IMG/VR virus record: IMGVR_UViG_3300018405_000018
Location: 1 to 63,174 of that record
Length of the DNA: 63,174 bases
Reading direction: 5' to 3' (one strand)
Source: a virus
Taxonomy: Duplodnaviria; Caudoviricetes
Shown here: positions 16,690 through 25,188 of the stretch, piece after piece
Numbering within the stretch: position 1 is the stretch's first letter
Layout of the letters: each line of letters begins with the position of its first letter
Translations under genes and position numbers: made by a program
Notes under the pieces: generated by a model
Told to the model about the DNA's origin: nothing
What the model saw: the letters and a program-made list of their open reading frames with translations, nothing else
Databases searched by the model: none

Positions 16690-18732
16690 TTATGCTCTAA
16701 ACAGAATGTGAGCAGTAACGTTGCCTGTGTTGTTTGCAACGGGCGCTTGGTTAAACACACGAGCAAACTGAGCTGTTGTTGTACCAGTATACAATGCTAC
16801 ACCGTCCGTTGTTACAGCTTGGTGAGCGCTGAGGTTGAACCCGTTTGTAACAGCGAATGGTTGCCCGTAAGAAGCTAGCGTTCCTGGCGTAGCTCTGTTA
16901 AATAGCCCAGTAATCCACACGTTTGCGGCGGCGGAACCACACATCAGTGACCCTTTAAAAGGAACAATCTTGGTGCCAATACCACTACCGGCTCCGGCTA
17001 CGGTTCCGGCTCCGGTTGGCCCCAGCAATGATAGGAAAAAAGGTCCTGTTACGGTTGCTAGTGTTGTTGCTGTCAGTACACTCCAGCTTAACAAATTGTC
17101 TGAAGCGTTGAAGCGCATCACAAACAGTTGGTTATCCCACACCGCAATTCCTGACCCTCCGAATCCTCCTCTGTGTGCATGAACAGTCACATGCGCACCT
17201 TCACCTGTGTTTCCCTGAACGCGCCACACGCTGTGGTTAATAGCAAGGGAGGGGGTGTTACCTATACCGTTGTGCATGTACACAAATCCTTTATAGTCAA
17301 CTGTCATGTCTGTGAACCCGGGAACAGCCAATGGGGATGCGCCTGCTCCGCTTGTGAACGTTCTTTCAGAAGTAAACGTGGACAGGTTGATGATCTCCAT
17401 TCGAGGGGCTGTTGCAACAATTTCTCTGTATGATGCGTATAGGTAGTCGTCGTCAATTGCCAGCGCCCGGGTTCCTGTAGGCACAGCCAGCGCTGTAACC
17501 GTCATATCCGTCCAGTTCAGACGAGCAACACCCGTTGGTGTTGAAAAATACAGATTAACACCGCCGTCATAGACAACGTCCAACACATCTCCGCTAATTC
17601 CAGTTACAGCAGACCACGACAGCGTATCAAGATCCAACCTGAACACACCGCTGCTTGTTGCTGCATACACGAACCGACCGTTGATTATAACAATATTGCG
17701 AATTGCATGACCACCGCCAGAGTTGTATGATACTGCCTGTATTCTGTTTGGACCGCTGATAGCAGCGTCTAAAGGACCCCCAGTGATTGGCATAATATAG
17801 TGAACAGCGCTTGTGCCGTTAGAACTGAAGAACCCGTTACCGTCTACAGGCAGCTGTGTCGTATCCAAAGCGGCACCGGTCGGTGGGATTACGTGCAGAC
17901 CATAAATTCTACCAGTGTTGTATGCTGATGTAGCACCAGCAAGTTTCAGTGAGCTGACAATCTTCTTGCCGCTATCCCACACATATTCGTGACCGCTACC
18001 AAAGTTACCCAACATACCATGGTGGTTATTTGGGAACTGTATGGTAGAACCATAAATGATTTGTGTGCTGTTTGGTGGGTACATACCAAACGACGTGTTA
18101 ATCACAAACTGTTGGCAAGCAGCCCAACCTGTGTGTCCGTTGCGGGTACGCGGAACCCAGAAAGAGTGTGGGCGAGCGGTTGTTACAGAAGTTGTGTTAC
18201 CATAAAACTCACCAATAGTTAACGCGCTCGTCCAACCGAAGCAAGGAACTGTTTTGTCCAGAATGTCTTCAGGTGCTTCGCGTTCAAATTCAAACACACC
18301 CTGCCAAGGTCCGAGTTCCGAACGAACGGCAGTAGCAAATGCAGCGTATCGTGCTGTTGCAAACACATAGATTACGTTGTTGCTGTACTGGAGACTCAGA
18401 GGGAATGCACCTTGGTTCATAAACGTTTCGTTTGTGGGAACGTTAGTTGATGTATTCCAGTGTTCACAAGCATTGACGTACCATAGCCCTGCAGGTGTAT
18501 CATACCGCAGGATCATGTATTTTGTTGTTGGATTAGGTCCGTCATTGTTTGGTGCTGCGTACACTTTGGTAACGTGTGCGCCTCTCACGCCAGACGAGAC
18601 TGTATCAATCAAAGACCACCCCAATGAGGTTAGTGCTGTATTGACAGCATCAATAATGTTTGTTGCGCTTTGTTCGTTTGAAATCACAATTTGACGGCTT
18701 GCTGTGCCCGTCACGTTAATGTTTACGCTCAT
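16690..18732 (-). CDS. Virion protein with probable beta-propeller (candidate receptor-binding protein)
   Basis: Repeated blade-like units (NIVIINGRFVYAATSSGVFRLDL; DVVYDGGVNLYFSTPTGVARLNW; ALAIDDDYLYASY; DMTVDYKGFVYMH); has its own late promoter. Confidence 0.65.
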   Translation of the reverse strand: MSVNINVTGTASRQIVISNEQSATNIIDAVNTALTSLGWSLIDTVSSGVRGAHVTKVYAAPNNDGPNPTTKYMILRYDTPAGLWYVNACEHWNTSTNVPTNETFMNQGAFPLSLQYSNNVIYVFATARYAAFATAVRSELGPWQGVFEFEREAPEDILDKTVPCFGWTSALTIGEFYGNTTSVTTARPHSFWVPRTRNGHTGWAACQQFVINTSFGMYPPNSTQIIYGSTIQFPNNHHGMLGNFGSGHEYVWDSGKKIVSSLKLAGATSAYNTGRIYGLHVIPPTGAALDTTQLPVDGNGFFSSNGTSAVHYIMPITGGPLDAAISGPNRIQAVSYNSGGGHAIRNIVIINGRFVYAATSSGVFRLDLDTLSWSAVTGISGDVLDVVYDGGVNLYFSTPTGVARLNWTDMTVTALAVPTGTRALAIDDDYLYASYREIVATAPRMEIINLSTFTSERTFTSGAGASPLAVPGFTDMTVDYKGFVYMHNGIGNTPSLAINHSVWRVQGNTGEGAHVTVHAHRGGFGGSGIAVWDNQLFVMRFNASDNLLSWSVLTATTLATVTGPFFLSLLGPTGAGTVAGAGSGIGTKIVPFKGSLMCGSAAANVWITGLFNRATPGTLASYGQPFAVTNGFNLSAHQAVTTDGVALYTGTTTAQFARVFNQAPVANNTGNVTAHILFRA

Positions 18733-18774
18733 GGTTTTCCTTTGAGAAATAAGAGTGTTGGGTGAGGTGTTATC

Positions 18775-18781
18775 TATTTAT
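18775..18781 (-). promoter_or_regulatory. T4-type late promoter
   Basis: cATAAATA upstream of 18732. Confidence 0.7.
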
Positions 18782-18799
18782 GATTTGACTTTGGTAACA

Positions 18800-21643
18800 T
18801 TATGTGTAAACCAAACAAATCACAGCATTGACTGCACCGCCTGCTTGCACAACGTCAACGGTCAGGAAATCTGTTATGGCCATAGGGACATTGACAGTAT
18901 AGTTGGGTGATCTGAACTCATTCGCTTGCACGCGTGGTAGTGTTGTCGGCCCGCCAAAAATAGACGTTCCGTTTACTTTTATATCAATGACAGTTGCTCT
19001 GTTTCCTGGTGTTCCAACGCTGAAATATACTTTTGTTAGAACGATAGGATCGTGAGGATACCACCGCAACGTTCCTGTGCTCTGCACAACAGGCCCGTGG
19101 ATGTTGTATTTTGACACTGTTGTTGCTGGCAATCCTTGAGATCCTGTATACCCCAATGTACCTGCATTGGCGAGTTCTACCCACTGATTGGTGTTGCCAT
19201 CAAACATGTAGAAATACTGAATGCCAGTGGTTGAGTCTATCCATATATCGTTCAACTCGGCACTCAAAGGAGGTTGATCAGCCAGATGCGTGGTTATGGA
19301 TCCTTTCGAGCCTGTAAACCCAGTAGCCCCTCTTGAACCAGTAAAGCCAAGATCACCACGTGAACCGGTAAAACCAAACGATCCTGTAAAACCAAACGAT
19401 CCTGTAAAACCAAACGATCCTTGTGAACCAACAAAGCCTGTTATACCTTGAGATCCTGTGAAGCCACGCGAACCAGTAAAGCCAGCAGGGCCTGGTTCGG
19501 TTGATGCCGAACCGGTGAAGCCAGCACTACCCGTGAAGCCAACAGAACCTGTAAAACCGATTGAACCAGTGAAGCCCAAATCACCACGGTCACCTCGTGA
19601 ACCGGTAAAGCCAGCGCCGGCAGAACCTGTGAAACCTGTTGAGCCAGTGAAGCCTTGAATACCTTGTTGTCCGGCAGAACCTGTAAAACCGACCCCGGCG
19701 GGGCCTTGCGAACCGGTGAAACCTGTATCACCCCGAGAGCCTGTGAAACCAGCGCCTGCTGAACCTGTGAAACCGACAGAACCAGTATATCCTAAATCTC
19801 CGCGCTCACCTTGTGAACCTGTGAAACCAGCGCCTGCTGAACCTGTGAAACCGACTGAGCCAGTGAAGCCTGTTGCTCCATCTTGACCGTTTATACCATC
19901 AGCACCACGTGAACCTGTGTAACCCTCCGATCCTGTGAAACCAACCAATCCGCGAGAACCAGTGAAGCCAATGTTACCTGGATTACCTTGAACACCCCGC
20001 GAACCAGTAAAACCGATGCCGCCCTGCGACCCTGTAAAACCTGTTGCACCAACTGAGCCTGTAAAGCCCGTATCACCACGAGGACCCTCTACACCTGCAC
20101 TACCAGTGTAACCGAATGTACCCTGCGAACCGGTGAAACCGATGTCACCACGGGGGCCCTCTACGCCTGCACTACCTGTATAACCAAATGCACCCTGTGA
20201 TCCTGTGAAACCTACTGGACCGATAATACCTTGGGCACCAGATAGATCGCTCGTATACACATATTGCGCACCATCCCACAAATAGATTCTGCTGTTTTCA
20301 GGATTGTTAACGTCGCCTGTCTCAATAATCGCAAACTGGCCTGCAACGATTCCAGTCGGTGCTGTGTCTGCAGTTAATGCAGCGACAGAAGCATACACTT
20401 TTACAACCGCAAATCCTAATCCAGTATCACCTTTGGAACCTGTGAAGCCAACTTCACCTTGTGAACCAGTAAAACCAATGGAGCCTGTGTAGCCGAGTTC
20501 ACCTCGAGATCCAGTGAAGCCTGTTGAACCTGTAAAACCAGGCAAGCCTTGATCGCCCTCAGGGCCTTGCACACCTGCACTACCTGTGAAACCGCGCGAA
20601 CCGGTAAAACCAACACCCTGCGAACCGGTGTAACCAGTCTCACCTTGAATACCTTGAACACCCTGCGAACCGGTGTAACCAGTCTCACCTTGAATACCTT
20701 GAACACCCCGCGAACCAGTGTAACCCGTGTCGCCTTTATCGCCTGTTTTTGCAAACGTAATAATGACGTCTTCACCGTCAACAAACGTCAACTGTCCTGA
20801 AAGAGCGCCAATAACAAACTCAAAATATCCGGAATGATCGATCACATTAGTGATTGTAAACATTGCGAAGTTCGTGTTGTCGAACTTTTTCGCAATGTGG
20901 AAATGACCTTTGATTGCACTTGTGCTTTGTGCAATCATCAAAAAGAAAGTTCTGGCGCTTGTGCCACCGTCGTCTGCATCATCGATGTACACACGTGTTG
21001 CTGATGTGATGTTTGGTGTGTCAAACCTAACTTTACCGACACCCGGATCTTCTGCTGTTGTCAGTGACGAATATGTGTAGTCGAAAGCCGCGCCACCAAA
21101 GTTACCGTCTTGTCCAGCGGAACCGGTGTATCCGGTTGAGCCTGGTGGCAGTGATGCGCTAATCGTTAGCGTTTGCGGCGATGCTGTGTTGTTTGTGGTG
21201 ATCGTGACGTTGTCGCCAGCAACAATCTTTAGTGTATCAAGACCGACAGCAGTTAGCGTCCCTTGTCCGTTCACTTGAATGAACTTGAACGTTGAGTTCA
21301 TCCCAACTTTAACCTCACCGTTTCCAAGATTTGTTAGGCCAAAACCAGAATCGGTGTCAAAGCGAAGCATGCTAACGTTTGCAATCTCGCCTGATTTTGC
21401 GTTTGCGCTGTTAATCAGACCGACAGAAACACTTCCGGATGGAACAGTTCCCCAACTGACGGTTGTTCCATCAGTTGTTAAAAACTTACCCCCATTGTTC
21501 GTCTGTAATGGCAATAAATTATTAGTCGCATCTTGCAGTGTTGTGGCGCCTGTACCACCGTGCTCAATAGGGACTACGTCACCCGTTCTAAATCGTGTGA
21601 GTGATCCGTCTTGGGAAAGTTTTAACGGTTTGATGTCTGCCAT
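18800..21643 (-). CDS. Collagen-like fibre protein C with C-terminal beta-sandwich domain
   Basis: ~44 G[FY]TGS, one YASVAALTAD module, an LRFDT.SGF...KVGMNSTFKFI module shared with protein B, and an all-beta C-terminal domain. Confidence 0.85.
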   Translation of the reverse strand: MADIKPLKLSQDGSLTRFRTGDVVPIEHGGTGATTLQDATNNLLPLQTNNGGKFLTTDGTTVSWGTVPSGSVSVGLINSANAKSGEIANVSMLRFDTDSGFGLTNLGNGEVKVGMNSTFKFIQVNGQGTLTAVGLDTLKIVAGDNVTITTNNTASPQTLTISASLPPGSTGYTGSAGQDGNFGGAAFDYTYSSLTTAEDPGVGKVRFDTPNITSATRVYIDDADDGGTSARTFFLMIAQSTSAIKGHFHIAKKFDNTNFAMFTITNVIDHSGYFEFVIGALSGQLTFVDGEDVIITFAKTGDKGDTGYTGSRGVQGIQGETGYTGSQGVQGIQGETGYTGSQGVGFTGSRGFTGSAGVQGPEGDQGLPGFTGSTGFTGSRGELGYTGSIGFTGSQGEVGFTGSKGDTGLGFAVVKVYASVAALTADTAPTGIVAGQFAIIETGDVNNPENSRIYLWDGAQYVYTSDLSGAQGIIGPVGFTGSQGAFGYTGSAGVEGPRGDIGFTGSQGTFGYTGSAGVEGPRGDTGFTGSVGATGFTGSQGGIGFTGSRGVQGNPGNIGFTGSRGLVGFTGSEGYTGSRGADGINGQDGATGFTGSVGFTGSAGAGFTGSQGERGDLGYTGSVGFTGSAGAGFTGSRGDTGFTGSQGPAGVGFTGSAGQQGIQGFTGSTGFTGSAGAGFTGSRGDRGDLGFTGSIGFTGSVGFTGSAGFTGSASTEPGPAGFTGSRGFTGSQGITGFVGSQGSFGFTGSFGFTGSFGFTGSRGDLGFTGSRGATGFTGSKGSITTHLADQPPLSAELNDIWIDSTTGIQYFYMFDGNTNQWVELANAGTLGYTGSQGLPATTVSKYNIHGPVVQSTGTLRWYPHDPIVLTKVYFSVGTPGNRATVIDIKVNGTSIFGGPTTLPRVQANEFRSPNYTVNVPMAITDFLTVDVVQAGGAVNAVICLVYT

Positions 21644-21678
21644 GTTTTATCGCCCAGTAGAGATTATAGTGTATTCCA

Positions 21679-21685
21679 TATTTAT
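21679..21685 (-). promoter_or_regulatory. T4-type late promoter
   Basis: cATAAATA upstream of 21643. Confidence 0.7.
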
Positions 21686-21709
21686 GACTAACTGCTTGAT
21701 ATACATTTG

Positions 21710-21738
21710 TTGTCTTGGCAGAAAGTTTGTGGTACAAT
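21710..21738 (+). promoter_or_regulatory. Host sigma70-type promoter for the glycosyltransferase gene
   Basis: TTGTCT-17 nt-TACAAT with an extended -10 TG; AAGGAG SD precedes ATG 21767. Confidence 0.65.
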
Positions 21739-21766
21739 AACGCACGCTGTAGAACAAGGAGATTTT

Positions 21767-24700
21767 ATGACAAAAGTAGCACTGATTGACGTAATCGGGC
21801 TGACGTATGATGGAACAACGCTGTCCAAACGAGGTTTGGGTGGGTCTGAATCCGCTGTAATCTTGATGAGCAAAGAACTTGCTGCCCTCGGTTTTGATGT
21901 TACTGTTTTCAACAACTGTATTGACCGCGAAGCACAGGAAGGTGTGTATGACGGTGTCAAATACATTGACATCAACCGTTTGCGTCAGCCATACGATTAT
22001 CAGTTTGATGTTGTAATCTCGTCTCGCACCGTATTTCCATTTGTTCGCGAGCAAGATCAGCCTCATATTCAGTATGACTGTCGCCATTTCCGCAAACTTG
22101 CTGAAGCAGCGAAGTTAAAGATTGTCTGGCTGCACGATACGTTCTGTCAAGGTGACCACATTCTCGAGCATATGCTCGTCACCGGTGCGATTGACGAAAT
22201 CTTTACACTGTCCGACTTCCATACAACATATGTTGGCACATGCGATCACGGTCGCAAGCGTATGATGGAAGTGACGAAGCGAAAAATCTTTATGACAAGG
22301 AACGGCGCAATGCTGTATCCTGGTGAGGTGGATATTAAGGCAAAAGACCGCAATCTTTTCGTATATAACGCTTCCGTAACGAAGGGTATGATCCCTCTCG
22401 TCAATACAGTATGGCCAATCGTTAAACGGCAAATCCCTGACGCCAAACTCAAGGTGATTGGTGGTTACTACAGGTTCCGTGAAAATGCTGCTCCTGACGA
22501 GCAAGAGAAAACTTGGCGACAGATGGTTGCTGACCCAAAGTATGCTGATCTCGGGATTGAGTTCACTGGGGTTATCAAGCAAAGTGAGATTGCCGAGATC
22601 CTCAAACAGGCATCGTTTATGATCTATCCGCCAGCGTTTCCTGAAACGTTTGGCATTTCGTCGCTAGAAAGCCTGCTGTACAACACCCCGTTGATTACCA
22701 GCCGTTTTGGTGCTTTGGAAGAGACAGCGATTGATCAGGCAAGTTACTTTACAGACTATTCGGCAACACCAAATGGTCTGTACCCGTGGATTGATGAGAA
22801 TGCACAGTGTGTTCGGATCGCTGAGCTAGCCATCCATGCTTACCACAACCCATATCTCCACCAGCAGAAGATGTACTACTGCAACATCGTCAAGGGAATA
22901 CACGGGTGGGACAGTGTTGCTCTTCAGTGGAAGCAGCACTTATACAACAAACTTGGTCTGTATCTGTCTGCTGACGAGTATCGCAAGGTTAGTTATGTTA
23001 ATGCGCGTGTTCGCGAAGTATTTGGCCGTCGGTTTTCTAACCCTGACGATATCTACTATCCTCGCAACGCTCAACAACGGATTGTTGTTGTATCTCCTGT
23101 CTATAACGCAGAGAAATACGTCGAGAAGTGTATCCGTTCTGTTGCCTCACAGGATTACGACAACTGGGTTATGTATGTTGTAGACGATCGTTCTACTGAC
23201 ACGACTTTTGCAACTGCAAAGAAGGCAGCGCAGATTTACGGACGCGATCGTGTTCACGTTATCCGCAACGAAGAAAACAAAGGCGCGGTTTACAATCACG
23301 TGAGCACAATCCTGGAACATTGTAAACCAGACGACGTTGTGATGTTGATTGACGGCGATGACGCTCTTGTTGCGGACAACCAAATCTTCCACAAGTATAA
23401 CAACTTGTATGACGGAACAACGGACTTCACGTATGGTTCGTGCTGGTCTATGGTTGATAGCATTCCGCTTGTTGCTCAACCATATCCAGAGCACATTAAA
23501 CAAGCAAGAGCATATCGCCAGCACAAATTTAACTGGAATATGCCGTACACTCATCTGCGAACATTTAAGGCTTCGTTGATGTTAGATAACGTTGACTTGT
23601 CAATGTTCCAAGACAGCAACAGGAAGTGGTACAAGGCAGGTGGTGATGGTGCTGTGTTCTACGCTATGATCGAGCGCGCAAGACCGGAGGCTGTTAAGGC
23701 CATTCAGGATATCGTCTATCTGTACAATGACATCAACCCGCTAAATGATTACAAAATCAACGGCGGCGAGCAAACGAGAGCAGCAAATGAAATCCTGAAC
23801 AAAAAGCAAGGTATTGCTCCATCACAATCAGCATTGAAAACACAACTTACAACAACAAAGCCTATTATGAACAAAACGATTCTAATCGCTATTCCAACAA
23901 ACAAATATATTGAACCTGACACGTTCAAGTCAATCTACGACTTAGAGATCCCAGAAGGATACACAACAACGTTCCAGTATTTCTTCGGCTATCAAGTAGA
24001 CCAAATCCGCAACCTGATCGCTCACTGGGCAGAGAGGTTTGATTATCTGTTCGCTGTTGACAGCGATATGTCGTTCCCGCCTGATACGTTGAAGAAGCTG
24101 CTCGCTCACAACAAGGATGTTGTTTCTGGCCTGTACATCCAGCGGAAGCCGGGCCAACACATCCTTGAGATTTACCGGAACGGACGAAATGTTCCGTATC
24201 AGGACATTAAGGGTCTAGGGCTGGTTGAGGTTGACGGCTGTGGGTTCGGATGTGTTCTCGTCAACAGCGATGTCATCCGCAAGATTGGCTATCCGCAGTT
24301 TGTCTATAAATCAGCGCTTGACCACAAGGACACGTTCAGTGAAGACACGTACTTCTGTATGAAGGCAAAGCAACACGGTTTCCGCATTTGGGCAGACACA
24401 ACAATCCAGTGTAAGCATCACGGTAGTTCCGTATTTGAGGTTGACAACACGATTGAGCAGACGCCGGCAGACCGTCTCCGCGAACTCGGTCGTATCATGC
24501 TGTTGCCAAAGCCACACGTTGACCATCTGTTCTATATGGCAAGCTGCGGGATTAAACCAAAGGTGATTTATGACATCGGCAGTTGTGTTCTCCACTGGAC
24601 GAGTGTTGCTAAGCAAGTGTGGCCTGATGCTGAGTTCTGTCTGTGCGAGGCAATGCCAGAAGTAGAGCCAATCTACAACGAGAACGGGATCGTCAACTAC

Positions 24701-25141
24701 AACCTCGGCGTATTGTCTGATGTTGATGGCAAAGAACTGACATTCTACCAGAATACCACTCACCCTGGTGGTAACTCATACTACAAAGAGAACTCGGAAG
24801 TCAATCCTGTTGCTGATACGTATTTTAATGAAAAGCATGCTCGCAAGGTCAAAGCACGGACGCTGGATGCTGTTGTTGCTGAGAAGAAATGGCCGTTGCC
24901 TGATCTAATCAAGATGGATGTCCAAGGTGCTGAAATGGACGTGCTAAAAGGCGCCACAAACACGTTACAACAATGCGAACATCTGATAATGGAGCTCCAG
25001 AATGTTGAGTACAACAAAGGCGCTCCACTGAAAGATACTGTGATCGACTATCTGAAGACGATTGGTTTTGAGCCAGTTGGCGGAGGATTATTCTGTGCAA
25101 ACGGCGTAGACGGAGACTATCACTTCCGTAGAGTGAAATAA
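21767..25141 (+). CDS. Four-domain fusion: GT-B (GT4-like) + GT2 + second GT-A glycosyltransferase + FkbM-family methyltransferase
   Basis: GT-B: GLGGSESAV...LAALGFDVTVF and ETFGISSLE (EX7E). GT2: VVSPVYNAEKYVEKCIRSV..Q.Y, VVDDRSTD, IDGDD. Second GT-A: ILIAIPT, VDSDM, GCGFGCVLV, SEDTYFC. FkbM: IYDIGS, TLD, DLIKMDVQGAEMDVLKG. Start moved to 21767 on SD evidence. Confidence 0.9.
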   Translation: MTKVALIDVIGLTYDGTTLSKRGLGGSESAVILMSKELAALGFDVTVFNNCIDREAQEGVYDGVKYIDINRLRQPYDYQFDVVISSRTVFPFVREQDQPHIQYDCRHFRKLAEAAKLKIVWLHDTFCQGDHILEHMLVTGAIDEIFTLSDFHTTYVGTCDHGRKRMMEVTKRKIFMTRNGAMLYPGEVDIKAKDRNLFVYNASVTKGMIPLVNTVWPIVKRQIPDAKLKVIGGYYRFRENAAPDEQEKTWRQMVADPKYADLGIEFTGVIKQSEIAEILKQASFMIYPPAFPETFGISSLESLLYNTPLITSRFGALEETAIDQASYFTDYSATPNGLYPWIDENAQCVRIAELAIHAYHNPYLHQQKMYYCNIVKGIHGWDSVALQWKQHLYNKLGLYLSADEYRKVSYVNARVREVFGRRFSNPDDIYYPRNAQQRIVVVSPVYNAEKYVEKCIRSVASQDYDNWVMYVVDDRSTDTTFATAKKAAQIYGRDRVHVIRNEENKGAVYNHVSTILEHCKPDDVVMLIDGDDALVADNQIFHKYNNLYDGTTDFTYGSCWSMVDSIPLVAQPYPEHIKQARAYRQHKFNWNMPYTHLRTFKASLMLDNVDLSMFQDSNRKWYKAGGDGAVFYAMIERARPEAVKAIQDIVYLYNDINPLNDYKINGGEQTRAANEILNKKQGIAPSQSALKTQLTTTKPIMNKTILIAIPTNKYIEPDTFKSIYDLEIPEGYTTTFQYFFGYQVDQIRNLIAHWAERFDYLFAVDSDMSFPPDTLKKLLAHNKDVVSGLYIQRKPGQHILEIYRNGRNVPYQDIKGLGLVEVDGCGFGCVLVNSDVIRKIGYPQFVYKSALDHKDTFSEDTYFCMKAKQHGFRIWADTTIQCKHHGSSVFEVDNTIEQTPADRLRELGRIMLLPKPHVDHLFYMASCGIKPKVIYDIGSCVLHWTSVAKQVWPDAEFCLCEAMPEVEPIYNENGIVNYNLGVLSDVDGKELTFYQNTTHPGGNSYYKENSEVNPVADTYFNEKHARKVKARTLDAVVAEKKWPLPDLIKMDVQGAEMDVLKGATNTLQQCEHLIMELQNVEYNKGAPLKDTVIDYLKTIGFEPVGGGLFCANGVDGDYHFRRVK

Positions 25142-25166
25142 AAAAGGGGCCCGAAGGCCCCTTTTT
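25141..25166. terminator. Bidirectional rho-independent terminator between convergent genes
   Basis: AAAAAGGGGCC-cgaa-GGCCCCTTTTT; minus-strand loop C(UUCG)G. Confidence 0.9.
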
Positions 25167-25188
25167 ATTGACTGAAAGTCCTTACGGA

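Noticed and set aside
21767-25141. Glycosyltransferase as a T4-type DNA glucosyltransferase
   Set aside because: The multi-GT plus FkbM architecture and location among fibre genes fit glycan synthesis better, and no DNA-modification genes are nearby. Disfavoured rather than disproved.
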